Shown here: positions 52,294-60,350 of the stretch, piece after piece
How positions within the stretch are numbered: the stretch's first letter is position 1
Layout: the number at the start of each line of letters is the position of its first letter
Assembly: GCA_043813075.1 (NCBI GenBank)
Contig: JBDRLL010000003.1
Span: 125,811 to 189,810, forward strand
Length of the DNA stretch: 64,000 nt
Direction of reading: 5' to 3'
Source of the DNA: Candidatus Altiarchaeota archaeon
GTDB taxonomy: Archaea > Altiarchaeota > Altiarchaeia > IMC4 > SCGC-AAA252-I15
Program-made: the position numbers and the translations under genes
The notes under the pieces: generated by a model
Databases searched by the model: none
Seen by the model: the letters and a program-made list of their open reading frames with translations, nothing else
What the model was told of the DNA's origin: nothing

Positions 52294-55161
52294 TCACCTT
52301 TTGCCTTTTTTCTCCAGGTTAGTCTCCACTTCTATGATTTTTTTCTGGTAGTCAGTCATCAACTCGTGATACATCTCCTCAGACAGCTCGCGCTTATGAT
52401 ACTTCTCCTTTGCCTTGTTTATCATCCTCATTAAATCCGACCTCTTCCCCAGAAGCATGCTTAGTTCAGAGACGACTGGCCCCCCATCATCGCCGCCTTG
52501 ATTCGTTTTCAGGAAATTATTTATGTCATCCCACAATTTGGAGTATAACTCACGCTCCCCGCTGTCCATCAGCTGGCTCCGAGCCTGAAGGAACCAGGGT
52601 ATTATCGAAGACTTCCTGTTGGACAAGACAGACACGAAATCATCCATGCCAACAGGCCTTTTCAATCCAGACTCCATTGACTCCTTCCAGGGTATCTCCG
52701 ACGCCTCGTCGCAAATCACTTTTATGTCCGCAGATGAGAAGCCGGCCGTCATCTCTGCAAGCATCACGAAATCGATTTCATCTGACACTGGTTTGCCCTT
52801 AGAGTGCAGTTTGAATATATCCACCCTACTCTCCATGTCTGGGGAGGGGATGTATATCTGGTCGCTGAACCTGCCAGCACGCCTCAATGCAGGGTCGATA
52901 TCCCAAGGAGCGTTAGTCGCACCCAGTATCATGACTCCCTTCCTCTTCTCGAACCCATCCATCTCAGTCAGCAGCTGATTCACAAGCCTCCTCTCAGCAC
53001 CCTTCTGGCTCACACTCCTCTTGCTTGCCACCGCATCAATCTCGTCGAAGAATATTATCGAAGGGGTGTTTCTAGCCGCCCGCTCGAAGATTGAGTGGAG
53101 CCGCTTCTCGGTAACACCCTCCTCATGGGACATCAAGTCGGTTATCTTCACATTGAAGAAAGAGGACTCGCATTCGCCAGCACTGGCACGGGCGAGATAT
53201 GTCTTACCGCAGCCCGGCGGCCCGTATAGGAGTATTGCGCCGCCAACCTCCCTGCCGTACTCTTTGGACAGTTCCGGATTCTTAAGGGGGTAGACTACCT
53301 TGACCTTGATTTCTTCTTTTACGTCTGATAGCCCGCCAACGTCAGAGAAGTTAAGTGAAGGTTTTATGGACTGATTTATCCCACCAGCCCTTTTAAGAAC
53401 GTATTCCGCGAGTTCAGGATACACGTCTTCCTCGCCGCTGTCGCGAATCTGCTTTTCAGCCACACGCAACCAGGGTATTATTGTGGACTCCCTCTGGTCT
53501 ATGACCATGCGGAAATCACGGAGAGTGATCTTGCGTTTCGCACCCCCGTGAATCGTCTCACCCCAAGGTATCTGAGACGACTCATCGCATATCGCAGTGA
53601 TGTCTGCTGAAGAATATCCTTCAGTGATACGGGCTAACTCCCCGAAGTCCACGTCTTCAGACAAAGGCCTGCCCTTAGTGTGTATGTTGAACAAACCCAC
53701 CCTCGCCTCATTGTCTGGTGGCGGCACGAACACTTGAAGCGTGAACCTACCGGCCCGGCGTAAAGCAGGGTCAATATCCCATGGAGCATTCGTCGAACCG
53801 ATGACAAGCATGTTCTCGTTCGACGCATCAACACCCTCCATTTCAGCGAGGAACTGGTTGATTACTAGGCGTTCAGCACCCTGCGTACTGCCCCTGGCTC
53901 GGCCGAGAGCATCCAGCTCGTCGAAGAAGAGTATGGAAGGTACCCCATCACGCGCCTCCTGGAAGGCCTGGTGGAGTTTGCTCGCAGCCACCTCAGGATT
54001 GTCCCCCATGATGTCCTGTATGCTGAAACTGTAGAAGTTGTATCCGCACTCGCCGACCGTAGCACGGGCGATATATGTTTTACCGCAGCCCGGCGGCCCG
54101 TAGAATAGCACGCCACCACCCGCTTTCCTCCCGAATTCCTCGGACAAGTGCGGGTGGGTGAGCGGGTAGATTATCGCCTCCCGTATATGCTCTTTCAACC
54201 TGTTCATGCCGGCCACATTGGAGAAGTTAATGGCCTCAGACTCTACGGGTATTGAATCCAACCCATAGCCCTTAGTGCCGAGAGTCAGGGTCTTAACCGC
54301 CTTTTTGTTGGGATACTCCCATAGGGTGTTGGACTTTTCTATGCAGGGGAGGTATTTCACTTCAACATAGTCTTCTCCGCCAATCAGGTAAGTGCACTCG
54401 AGGAAAGGCATGTATACTATCTCCTCGACAGTAAGCTTGCATGTGAACAGCTGGGACAGGAGTATGGCTATCTTGTCTGGAGTGTGCCGTATCGGCATCT
54501 TATGGAATGAATCCTCGATGTAGTCGACTTCAAGAAGCCCTGAGGAGATGTCATAACCCTTGCTGGTAAACTTGGGTGCTGTGATCACCGGCTTGATGTA
54601 GTATATCTTGGTGATGATATCCCAGTCGGTTATCTCCCGCACAAGTGTCTTCAGGGTAGACTCGTTCTCTGTGGGGGAAAAGACGACAGCCATCTTCTTT
54701 CCGACAATCTCCCTCGCAGCATCCTGCTGGTTTATATCCAGCATGTCGAACTTCGTTGTACCGTACTCTATCAGATACCCCAGCATCTTCATCGCGGGGG
54801 GGGAGAGCTTCAAGAGTTCGACTAGTATGTTACTCTTGTTCAGAAACGTGTATTCAACATATTGCTTGTCAAAGAATTTCTTGAACTTACCCTCAACATT
54901 ATGGGCGGTCCGATAGTACAACGACAGGTCGGTCAAGTCAACATGAAGAGTATTACTTACCCCAGTCAGAATCTTTTGACCCTCAACCTCCTTGTGCTGG
55001 CTCGCCCGCATCTTAAGGACGGGAGCGTACTTACCCTCTATACGGAAGTTCTCAGACGCGCCAATCCTAGCCTGTATGCCAGCCTTTACGTCATATACAG
55101 CCTGCTGCATCACGTCACTGGCAATCGCGTAAGCCCGGGTCTGTACTTTATTGAACCTCAT
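52294..55161 (-). CDS. Tandem AAA+ ATPase (two classic-clade AAA modules) with an unrecognised N-terminal domain and a coiled-coil tail
   Basis: Each feature occurs twice: Walker A GPPGCGKT, Walker B FFDE(L/I)DA, and NAPWDIDPALRRAGRF. The first ~320 aa match nothing I know. Confidence 0.85.
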   Translation of the reverse strand: MRFNKVQTRAYAIASDVMQQAVYDVKAGIQARIGASENFRIEGKYAPVLKMRASQHKEVEGQKILTGVSNTLHVDLTDLSLYYRTAHNVEGKFKKFFDKQYVEYTFLNKSNILVELLKLSPPAMKMLGYLIEYGTTKFDMLDINQQDAAREIVGKKMAVVFSPTENESTLKTLVREITDWDIITKIYYIKPVITAPKFTSKGYDISSGLLEVDYIEDSFHKMPIRHTPDKIAILLSQLFTCKLTVEEIVYMPFLECTYLIGGEDYVEVKYLPCIEKSNTLWEYPNKKAVKTLTLGTKGYGLDSIPVESEAINFSNVAGMNRLKEHIREAIIYPLTHPHLSEEFGRKAGGGVLFYGPPGCGKTYIARATVGECGYNFYSFSIQDIMGDNPEVAASKLHQAFQEARDGVPSILFFDELDALGRARGSTQGAERLVINQFLAEMEGVDASNENMLVIGSTNAPWDIDPALRRAGRFTLQVFVPPPDNEARVGLFNIHTKGRPLSEDVDFGELARITEGYSSADITAICDESSQIPWGETIHGGAKRKITLRDFRMVIDQRESTIIPWLRVAEKQIRDSGEEDVYPELAEYVLKRAGGINQSIKPSLNFSDVGGLSDVKEEIKVKVVYPLKNPELSKEYGREVGGAILLYGPPGCGKTYLARASAGECESSFFNVKITDLMSHEEGVTEKRLHSIFERAARNTPSIIFFDEIDAVASKRSVSQKGAERRLVNQLLTEMDGFEKRKGVMILGATNAPWDIDPALRRAGRFSDQIYIPSPDMESRVDIFKLHSKGKPVSDEIDFVMLAEMTAGFSSADIKVICDEASEIPWKESMESGLKRPVGMDDFVSVLSNRKSSIIPWFLQARSQLMDSGERELYSKLWDDINNFLKTNQGGDDGGPVVSELSMLLGKRSDLMRMINKAKEKYHKRELSEEMYHELMTDYQKKIIEVETNLEKKGKR

Positions 55162-55232
55162 CTAGTCTCTTTTAAAGTAATCCATGTGAAAGCTTTTATA
55201 TCCTGACTCACATCCATTATACAGTAGATAAC

Positions 55233-55721
55233 ATGGTTAACGCAAGCAAGGTCTTGATACCTTCATTGATAAGCGGTATTGCGCTGGGCCTAGTGGGCAG
55301 CATAGGGGGCACTGTAATAGGGATGATCCCGTGTATAGGCTGCGCCAACTGCCTGCTGTGTTTCCTATGGCCGATACTCTCAGGCATGCTTGGTGTTTTC
55401 CTAGTCTCGAATAAACAGCCGGTCGACAACAGGGATGGTGTATTGATAGGCGCCATGTCAGGGGCTTTCGGCGGGATTACCTCGGCAATCGTGGGTGCGA
55501 TAATATTTGCCTTAAAAACAGTATTCGGTATAGGGGCTAGCTTAGTCATGCCTGCAGCAAACATGAAGAGTAGCATGAAACAAGCAGGTCTAGCAACTTT
55601 GGTTGGCGGCCTGGTCGGAATACCCCTGATGATAGTGACCTCTTTCCTGACATTCTGCTTCTGGATCATCATGGGCGCCTTAGGCGGCATGATTGGCGTC
55701 ATGGTTTTCGGGAAGAAATAG
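55233..55721 (+). CDS. Gly-rich small membrane protein (about 4 TM)
   Basis: The hydrophobic, Gly-rich sequence is chosen over the co-extensive Pro-rich antisense ORF (55217-55702). Confidence 0.45.
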   Translation: MVNASKVLIPSLISGIALGLVGSIGGTVIGMIPCIGCANCLLCFLWPILSGMLGVFLVSNKQPVDNRDGVLIGAMSGAFGGITSAIVGAIIFALKTVFGIGASLVMPAANMKSSMKQAGLATLVGGLVGIPLMIVTSFLTFCFWIIMGALGGMIGVMVFGKK

Positions 55722-55732
55722 AATCCCGTAGA

Positions 55733-56221
55733 ATGAATACTGACGTGGCAGTCTACACGGCTTTTCTCTCTGTCGCAGCAGGCATTTGCGTTCTACTGGT
55801 TGCCGCACCATACTTGACGTATTCAGGCCACATCTTCCTCGGAGGGTATGTATACAATTCTTTCTCAGGCCTGTGCCATCAGCTGCCTGAAAGGTCTTTC
55901 CACCTGTTTGGGAATAAGCTCGCTGTTTGCGCTAGAGATACTGGAGTATATTTCGGACTGCTTTTCTCAACGCTAGCATACCCGCTCGTAAGGAAGTTGG
56001 GCGACAGGAGCATACCCCCCAGATGCTGGTTCATAGCATGCATACTCCCACTGGCGGTGGACGGCACAACCCAGTTGCTAGGGCTCAGGGAGAGCAACAA
56101 CACACTTAGGGTTGCGACAGGACTGTTGTTTGGCATGATAATACCGTTTTATCTGATACCAATGTTCTCAGAGATAGCGGACGTTTTCATGGGGGAGTTC
56201 AGCAAGCTGCGGGGGGGGTAA
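55733..56221 (+). CDS. DUF2085-family membrane protein
   Basis: CHQLPERSFHLFGNKLAVCARDTGVY. Confidence 0.65.
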   Translation: MNTDVAVYTAFLSVAAGICVLLVAAPYLTYSGHIFLGGYVYNSFSGLCHQLPERSFHLFGNKLAVCARDTGVYFGLLFSTLAYPLVRKLGDRSIPPRCWFIACILPLAVDGTTQLLGLRESNNTLRVATGLLFGMIIPFYLIPMFSEIADVFMGEFSKLRGG

Positions 56222-56222
56222 C

Positions 56223-57020
56223 CTATTTCTTTTCAACCAGGCCTATCGAATACGCCTTTCCGCCACGGTCCAGTATGGAACACAGCAGTATGTTGAGGGC
56301 TTGATCCACGGCAAGCTGGCTGGTTCCAGTGAGCTCTAGAAAAAGGTTTCTTGAACCCTCAGTAAGCCGGGTTAGCTCGCCGTTTATTATGGGAGGGAAC
56401 GACAGGACACTGCCTTTCTTATCCACAAAAAGCGGGTATTTGCTGGCACCATCAAGAGTCCACGCATAATCCCTGCCCTTGGGATGCTCTAGGAGGATCT
56501 CCCTAAGGGAAAGCTCCTCAGTCATGTCCAATGGCACGAAACTAACGGAGTCAGGGTCAACAGCCGTATAAGTGAATGGCGGCTCAACCCGGTCCAAATC
56601 ATGGACGCCTATAGCCACCTTCACCCTGTTGCGACCGTGAGTCAGGTGAAGCTTCTCCTGTATGCTCATCAGAGACTTGACTGAATAATCATCCAGAACA
56701 ACATCCCGGACAACAGCCCCCGCACAGAACGGCCGGACGTTCTTGACAGACTTATCGACGTACAACACAACGTCGGAATCCCCTAGACGGTATTCCACGA
56801 AACCTTTCTCAACACCCAGGAAACCCTTCAAGGCCCTTGCAAATCCTTCGATGCTAAGCATGTCAGGACGGTCTGGGAAAACCTCCAACACTATCCTCCG
56901 CTCGTCAATACTCTCCAAGCCGACGCCAATCATCGGTATCCATCCTTCCAGTTCCTGCACGCTAAAATCACGGCCTAAAAGACCCACCAGGTCCTGGAAT
57001 TCATATTCAACAGAAGGCAT
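56223..57020 (-). CDS. pheT: Phenylalanyl-tRNA synthetase beta-subunit N-terminal fragment (B1 + B3/B4 domains only)
   Basis: I aligned it by eye to the archaeal PheT N-terminus. Matching segments are PDRPDMLSIEGFARALKGFLG, VKNVRPFCAGAVV, VAIGVHDLD and SFPPIINGELT. It ends after ..LDRGGKAYSI at 265 aa, whereas a typical PheT has about 550. Confidence 0.75.
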   Translation of the reverse strand: MPSVEYEFQDLVGLLGRDFSVQELEGWIPMIGVGLESIDERRIVLEVFPDRPDMLSIEGFARALKGFLGVEKGFVEYRLGDSDVVLYVDKSVKNVRPFCAGAVVRDVVLDDYSVKSLMSIQEKLHLTHGRNRVKVAIGVHDLDRVEPPFTYTAVDPDSVSFVPLDMTEELSLREILLEHPKGRDYAWTLDGASKYPLFVDKKGSVLSFPPIINGELTRLTEGSRNLFLELTGTSQLAVDQALNILLCSILDRGGKAYSIGLVEKK

Positions 57021-57080
57021 AATTGTTTTAATTAAGTGAACGAATCTAATAAATTCACATAATCTAAAAGGAGGTTTCAA

Positions 57081-57473
57081 ATGAAGGTATTAATCATAGG
57101 TGGAGGGACTATGGGACGCCACATAGCCTTGAATCTGCCGGAACACGATTTGACTATCATCGAGATGAACAGCAACAAATGCCATAGGATAGAGCAGGAG
57201 ATAAAGGCAAAGGTTGTGGAAGGCGACGCAAGCAAACTATACGTCCTGAAGAAGGCAGGATTCAAAGACAATGACGCTATAATAGCGGTCACAAGCAACG
57301 ATGAGGTTAACCTCTTTCTCGCGCTATTAGCAAACAAGGAGGGTAAACAGACGGTGGCGAGAGTCAAGGAGCCGGAATACATCCCATTGTTCAACGAGCT
57401 TGGAATAAAGAACATAGTATCCCCAGAGCAAAGGGCCGCCATGGACATAGCTAAAAAGCTTACCTGGAGTTAA
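57081..57473 (+). CDS. trkA: TrkA-N (KTN/RCK) NAD-binding domain protein
   Basis: MKVLIIGGGTMGRHIA Rossmann motif. It is 130 aa, the N lobe only, and lies upstream of trkH. Confidence 0.8.
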   Translation: MKVLIIGGGTMGRHIALNLPEHDLTIIEMNSNKCHRIEQEIKAKVVEGDASKLYVLKKAGFKDNDAIIAVTSNDEVNLFLALLANKEGKQTVARVKEPEYIPLFNELGIKNIVSPEQRAAMDIAKKLTWS

Positions 57474-57485
57474 GCTGTATTACTG

Positions 57486-58979
57486 GTGGGTCATATGAGT
57501 AGCGTGTTTTTCAGCATAGGGTTAGACGACATTAAGATATCGCTCAGAGACCTCGCAGCGATAATACAGATGCTTTCAATAGTAATGCTCTTCCCGCTGG
57601 TGGCCACCATAGCGTACAGCAGTCAAGTTAGTCTATTGGGGAGGATAGGGGAGGCTTCCGCGTTCATACTGCCATCACTCATCCTCTACTCGTTCTACAA
57701 GACCCTTAACATGTTCAGGGTGGAGACCCGCACCAAAACCAAGCACATAATGATTACAGTGGGCCTAGCATGGATTATAATGTCGCTAGTCGGGTCCATA
57801 CCCTTCATGATGAGGGGGACTTTAGGTCCCCTAGACTCCTTCTTCGAGAGCATGAGCGGTTGGACGACCACCGGATTCAGCATGATAGAGGACTTTGAAG
57901 GCACCGACAGGGACATTCTAATGTATAGGGGGATAATGCAGGCCACTGGAGGCCTTGGTGTCATCTCCCTGGGCATGATGGTTCTGCTACAGGGAAGCAG
58001 TCCAGGGATAGGCTATGCTGACATAGGGATACAGAAGATTAAGCCGGGCATAAAGAGCACGATAGTCGAGACTTGGAAGATATACGGGTTATACATACTG
58101 ATGGGCATCGTGCTCCTTAACATCGCGGGCATGGACTTGTTTGACGCAGTAAACCATAGTTTCACTGCCATGGCCACCGGAGGATTCAGCACCCACAGTA
58201 GCATAGGATACTACGACAACGCCTTGATAGAGATAGTACTCATCTTCCTGATGATAGTGGGGATGACCAGTTTCATACTCCACTACAGGCTGTTCAACGG
58301 CGACAGGAACGTGTTCAAGAGCGCTGAAGTGAGATACGGCTTCGGGATGATAGCCATAGCGATACTCGCGTTCAGCGCAGTGATATGGGGTACGCCAGTT
58401 GAGGGTGTGGACACTAACTCGGTGTTTGACGTGATAAGGCAGAGCAGCTTCCAAGTGATAGCGGGCGCGAGCACATGCGGGTACAATACGGTGGACTTCG
58501 GGAAATGGCCTGACTTCGCTAAGACGTTCATGATAGGTTTGATGTATGTCGGGGGGATGAGCAGCAGCACCGCAGGCGGGATAAGGATAGTCAGGTTCAT
58601 AATAATACTAAAGGCAATACACTACAGCCTTAAGAAGCTTGTCCTACCAAAGAGCGCTCTGATAATAATGAAGGTGGATAAGAAGGCCGTCCAGGAGGAC
58701 ATAATAACTGTGGTGGGATACTGCGGGGTATACTTATCCATCTGCGTAATACTCTCGTTAAGCCTCATGCTGGTGGGATACCGTTCAGTAGATAGCATAT
58801 TCACCATAATGTCTGCGATGGGTAATGACGGGCTTAACGTTTTTTCAGGAGGGGACTGGTACCACATGAACCCGATAGGAAAACTGACCATAATACTTGG
58901 TATGTGGATAGGGCGTGTTGAGATATACCCAGGGCTTCTGATACTAAGGAGTTTTATGATAAGACTGAGGCTTCTATAA
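57486..58979 (+). CDS. trkH: TrkH/KtrB-family K+ transporter
   Basis: A polytopic protein with repeated MPM-like units (SGWTTTGFS, MATGGFSTH, STCGYNT, AMGNDGLN). The start is GTG 57486 or ATG 57495. Confidence 0.85.
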   Translation: MGHMSSVFFSIGLDDIKISLRDLAAIIQMLSIVMLFPLVATIAYSSQVSLLGRIGEASAFILPSLILYSFYKTLNMFRVETRTKTKHIMITVGLAWIIMSLVGSIPFMMRGTLGPLDSFFESMSGWTTTGFSMIEDFEGTDRDILMYRGIMQATGGLGVISLGMMVLLQGSSPGIGYADIGIQKIKPGIKSTIVETWKIYGLYILMGIVLLNIAGMDLFDAVNHSFTAMATGGFSTHSSIGYYDNALIEIVLIFLMIVGMTSFILHYRLFNGDRNVFKSAEVRYGFGMIAIAILAFSAVIWGTPVEGVDTNSVFDVIRQSSFQVIAGASTCGYNTVDFGKWPDFAKTFMIGLMYVGGMSSSTAGGIRIVRFIIILKAIHYSLKKLVLPKSALIIMKVDKKAVQEDIITVVGYCGVYLSICVILSLSLMLVGYRSVDSIFTIMSAMGNDGLNVFSGGDWYHMNPIGKLTIILGMWIGRVEIYPGLLILRSFMIRLRLL

Positions 58980-59113
58980 CGGGACGTCGTCCTTGCCCTT
59001 CTTCCTGAAGCTAGAGCACTTGTCTTCAGGAGTCATGAATTCCCTGAGCGTGCACCGCTCATACCAGACGCACAGCCTGCACTCCACAATAGGAATAGGA
59101 ATACGGGGTATAA

Positions 59114-60331
59114 TTAAGTGTAGTCGGTTATCCTCCTCTGCTTCAACAACTCTGACTTGGCCACATAATCGCCGACAGGTATTAGAAGCCGCTCGTTAAC
59201 GTCATCCAATGCGGCACGCAAGGTGGTGAACCTGGAGGGCTTTGACTGCATAGCCTTCCTGACGTTCTCACGCACCTCCCACACCCCAACTGGCATCACG
59301 TAGCTGTCATATATCTCGCGGAAGACGACGACCCTAGCCTGCCTGCGCATGCCATCGAGCGCTTCAGCGACAGCAAGCCGGGACGCATAATACCCACCAC
59401 CCTCCTTGAATGCATAATCCTTCCGCCCCCTATAGTATTCACTCTCCAACTGTATCACAGGCTTGTCGTAGGATAGCGTCCATAACGTCCTCGGCGCCCA
59501 TGCCTCGAACTGCTCGAACTCCCATGAGCCAGGGATGAGCAGGACTTCAAAATGGTTCTCAAGATAAGTGTTGTGATAAACCATGAAGTCAGTGACTTCA
59601 GGGTAATCACGTATCTGGGATAATAGCGTCTTACCCAGCATGTCGTCGACAGCGGTTATGCTCCACCTTGTGGGGACCATCTTCCTGGAGTCCTTCATGC
59701 CGAGGACTCCTGATGCGAGTATGTTTGTGATATAGTATACGTCATGACCACACCCATATAGTTTAGACATTTGGGTTGTCGACTTCAAGTCGTCAGACAC
59801 GATGTAGTCGACCTTACGAGGAATCCTAGGATTCTCTGTTATAGTCATCCTGTCCAAGACTCCGGAAGGCCCCATCGGCTGGCTTATAGGAGAGAAAGAG
59901 AGCGAGTAGGACGGCTTACTCTTGAATAATGTCTCCACATCAACAGGCTTGACTGACAACGCAAGCTCCCGCATTCCTTCCACGAACCTGGACTGCTCCC
60001 GCACGTTATGCTGCTGCTTCGAACGCACCAGCATGGACCGCATCTGTATGATATCGTCAAAACCCTTACCATACCATTCCCCAGGATTATCAAGCAGACC
60101 AGGGTCTTCAGCATCCACCGCAGTCATAGGACCCGCAAACACGCGCGGATAATCTTTCCATCCGACAAACACGGATGTGCTAGGCCCGAACATGTGGTCT
60201 GAAAGGCTATCTGACACCGGATGCTGGAGACTTATCTTCCTAAGCAAGGGACATGAGTCGTGGCCACAGAGAAGCCTACCACCCTTACATTGAAGACACA
60301 TCTGCCTGCTCATAGGCCGTGCAGAATACAT
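59114..60331 (-). CDS. Archaeal Nre-family (DUF650/DUF651) DNA-repair-associated protein
   Basis: The N-terminal MCLQCKGGRLLCGHDSCPLL is a Nre-like zinc motif. It is trimmed to the ATG at 60331 to remove the overlap with nrdD. Recognition is from memory of the family. Confidence 0.6.
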   Translation of the reverse strand: MYSARPMSRQMCLQCKGGRLLCGHDSCPLLRKISLQHPVSDSLSDHMFGPSTSVFVGWKDYPRVFAGPMTAVDAEDPGLLDNPGEWYGKGFDDIIQMRSMLVRSKQQHNVREQSRFVEGMRELALSVKPVDVETLFKSKPSYSLSFSPISQPMGPSGVLDRMTITENPRIPRKVDYIVSDDLKSTTQMSKLYGCGHDVYYITNILASGVLGMKDSRKMVPTRWSITAVDDMLGKTLLSQIRDYPEVTDFMVYHNTYLENHFEVLLIPGSWEFEQFEAWAPRTLWTLSYDKPVIQLESEYYRGRKDYAFKEGGGYYASRLAVAEALDGMRRQARVVVFREIYDSYVMPVGVWEVRENVRKAMQSKPSRFTTLRAALDDVNERLLIPVGDYVAKSELLKQRRITDYT

Positions 60332-60350
60332 TGCCTTGAGTATCTCGCAC

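Noticed and set aside
55217-55702. A 161-aa minus-strand ORF nearly co-extensive with the plus-strand ORF 55233-55721.
   Set aside because: The plus-strand product is a coherent Gly-rich four-TM membrane protein. The minus-strand product is Pro-rich (the complement of GGN codons) with no structure-like pattern.
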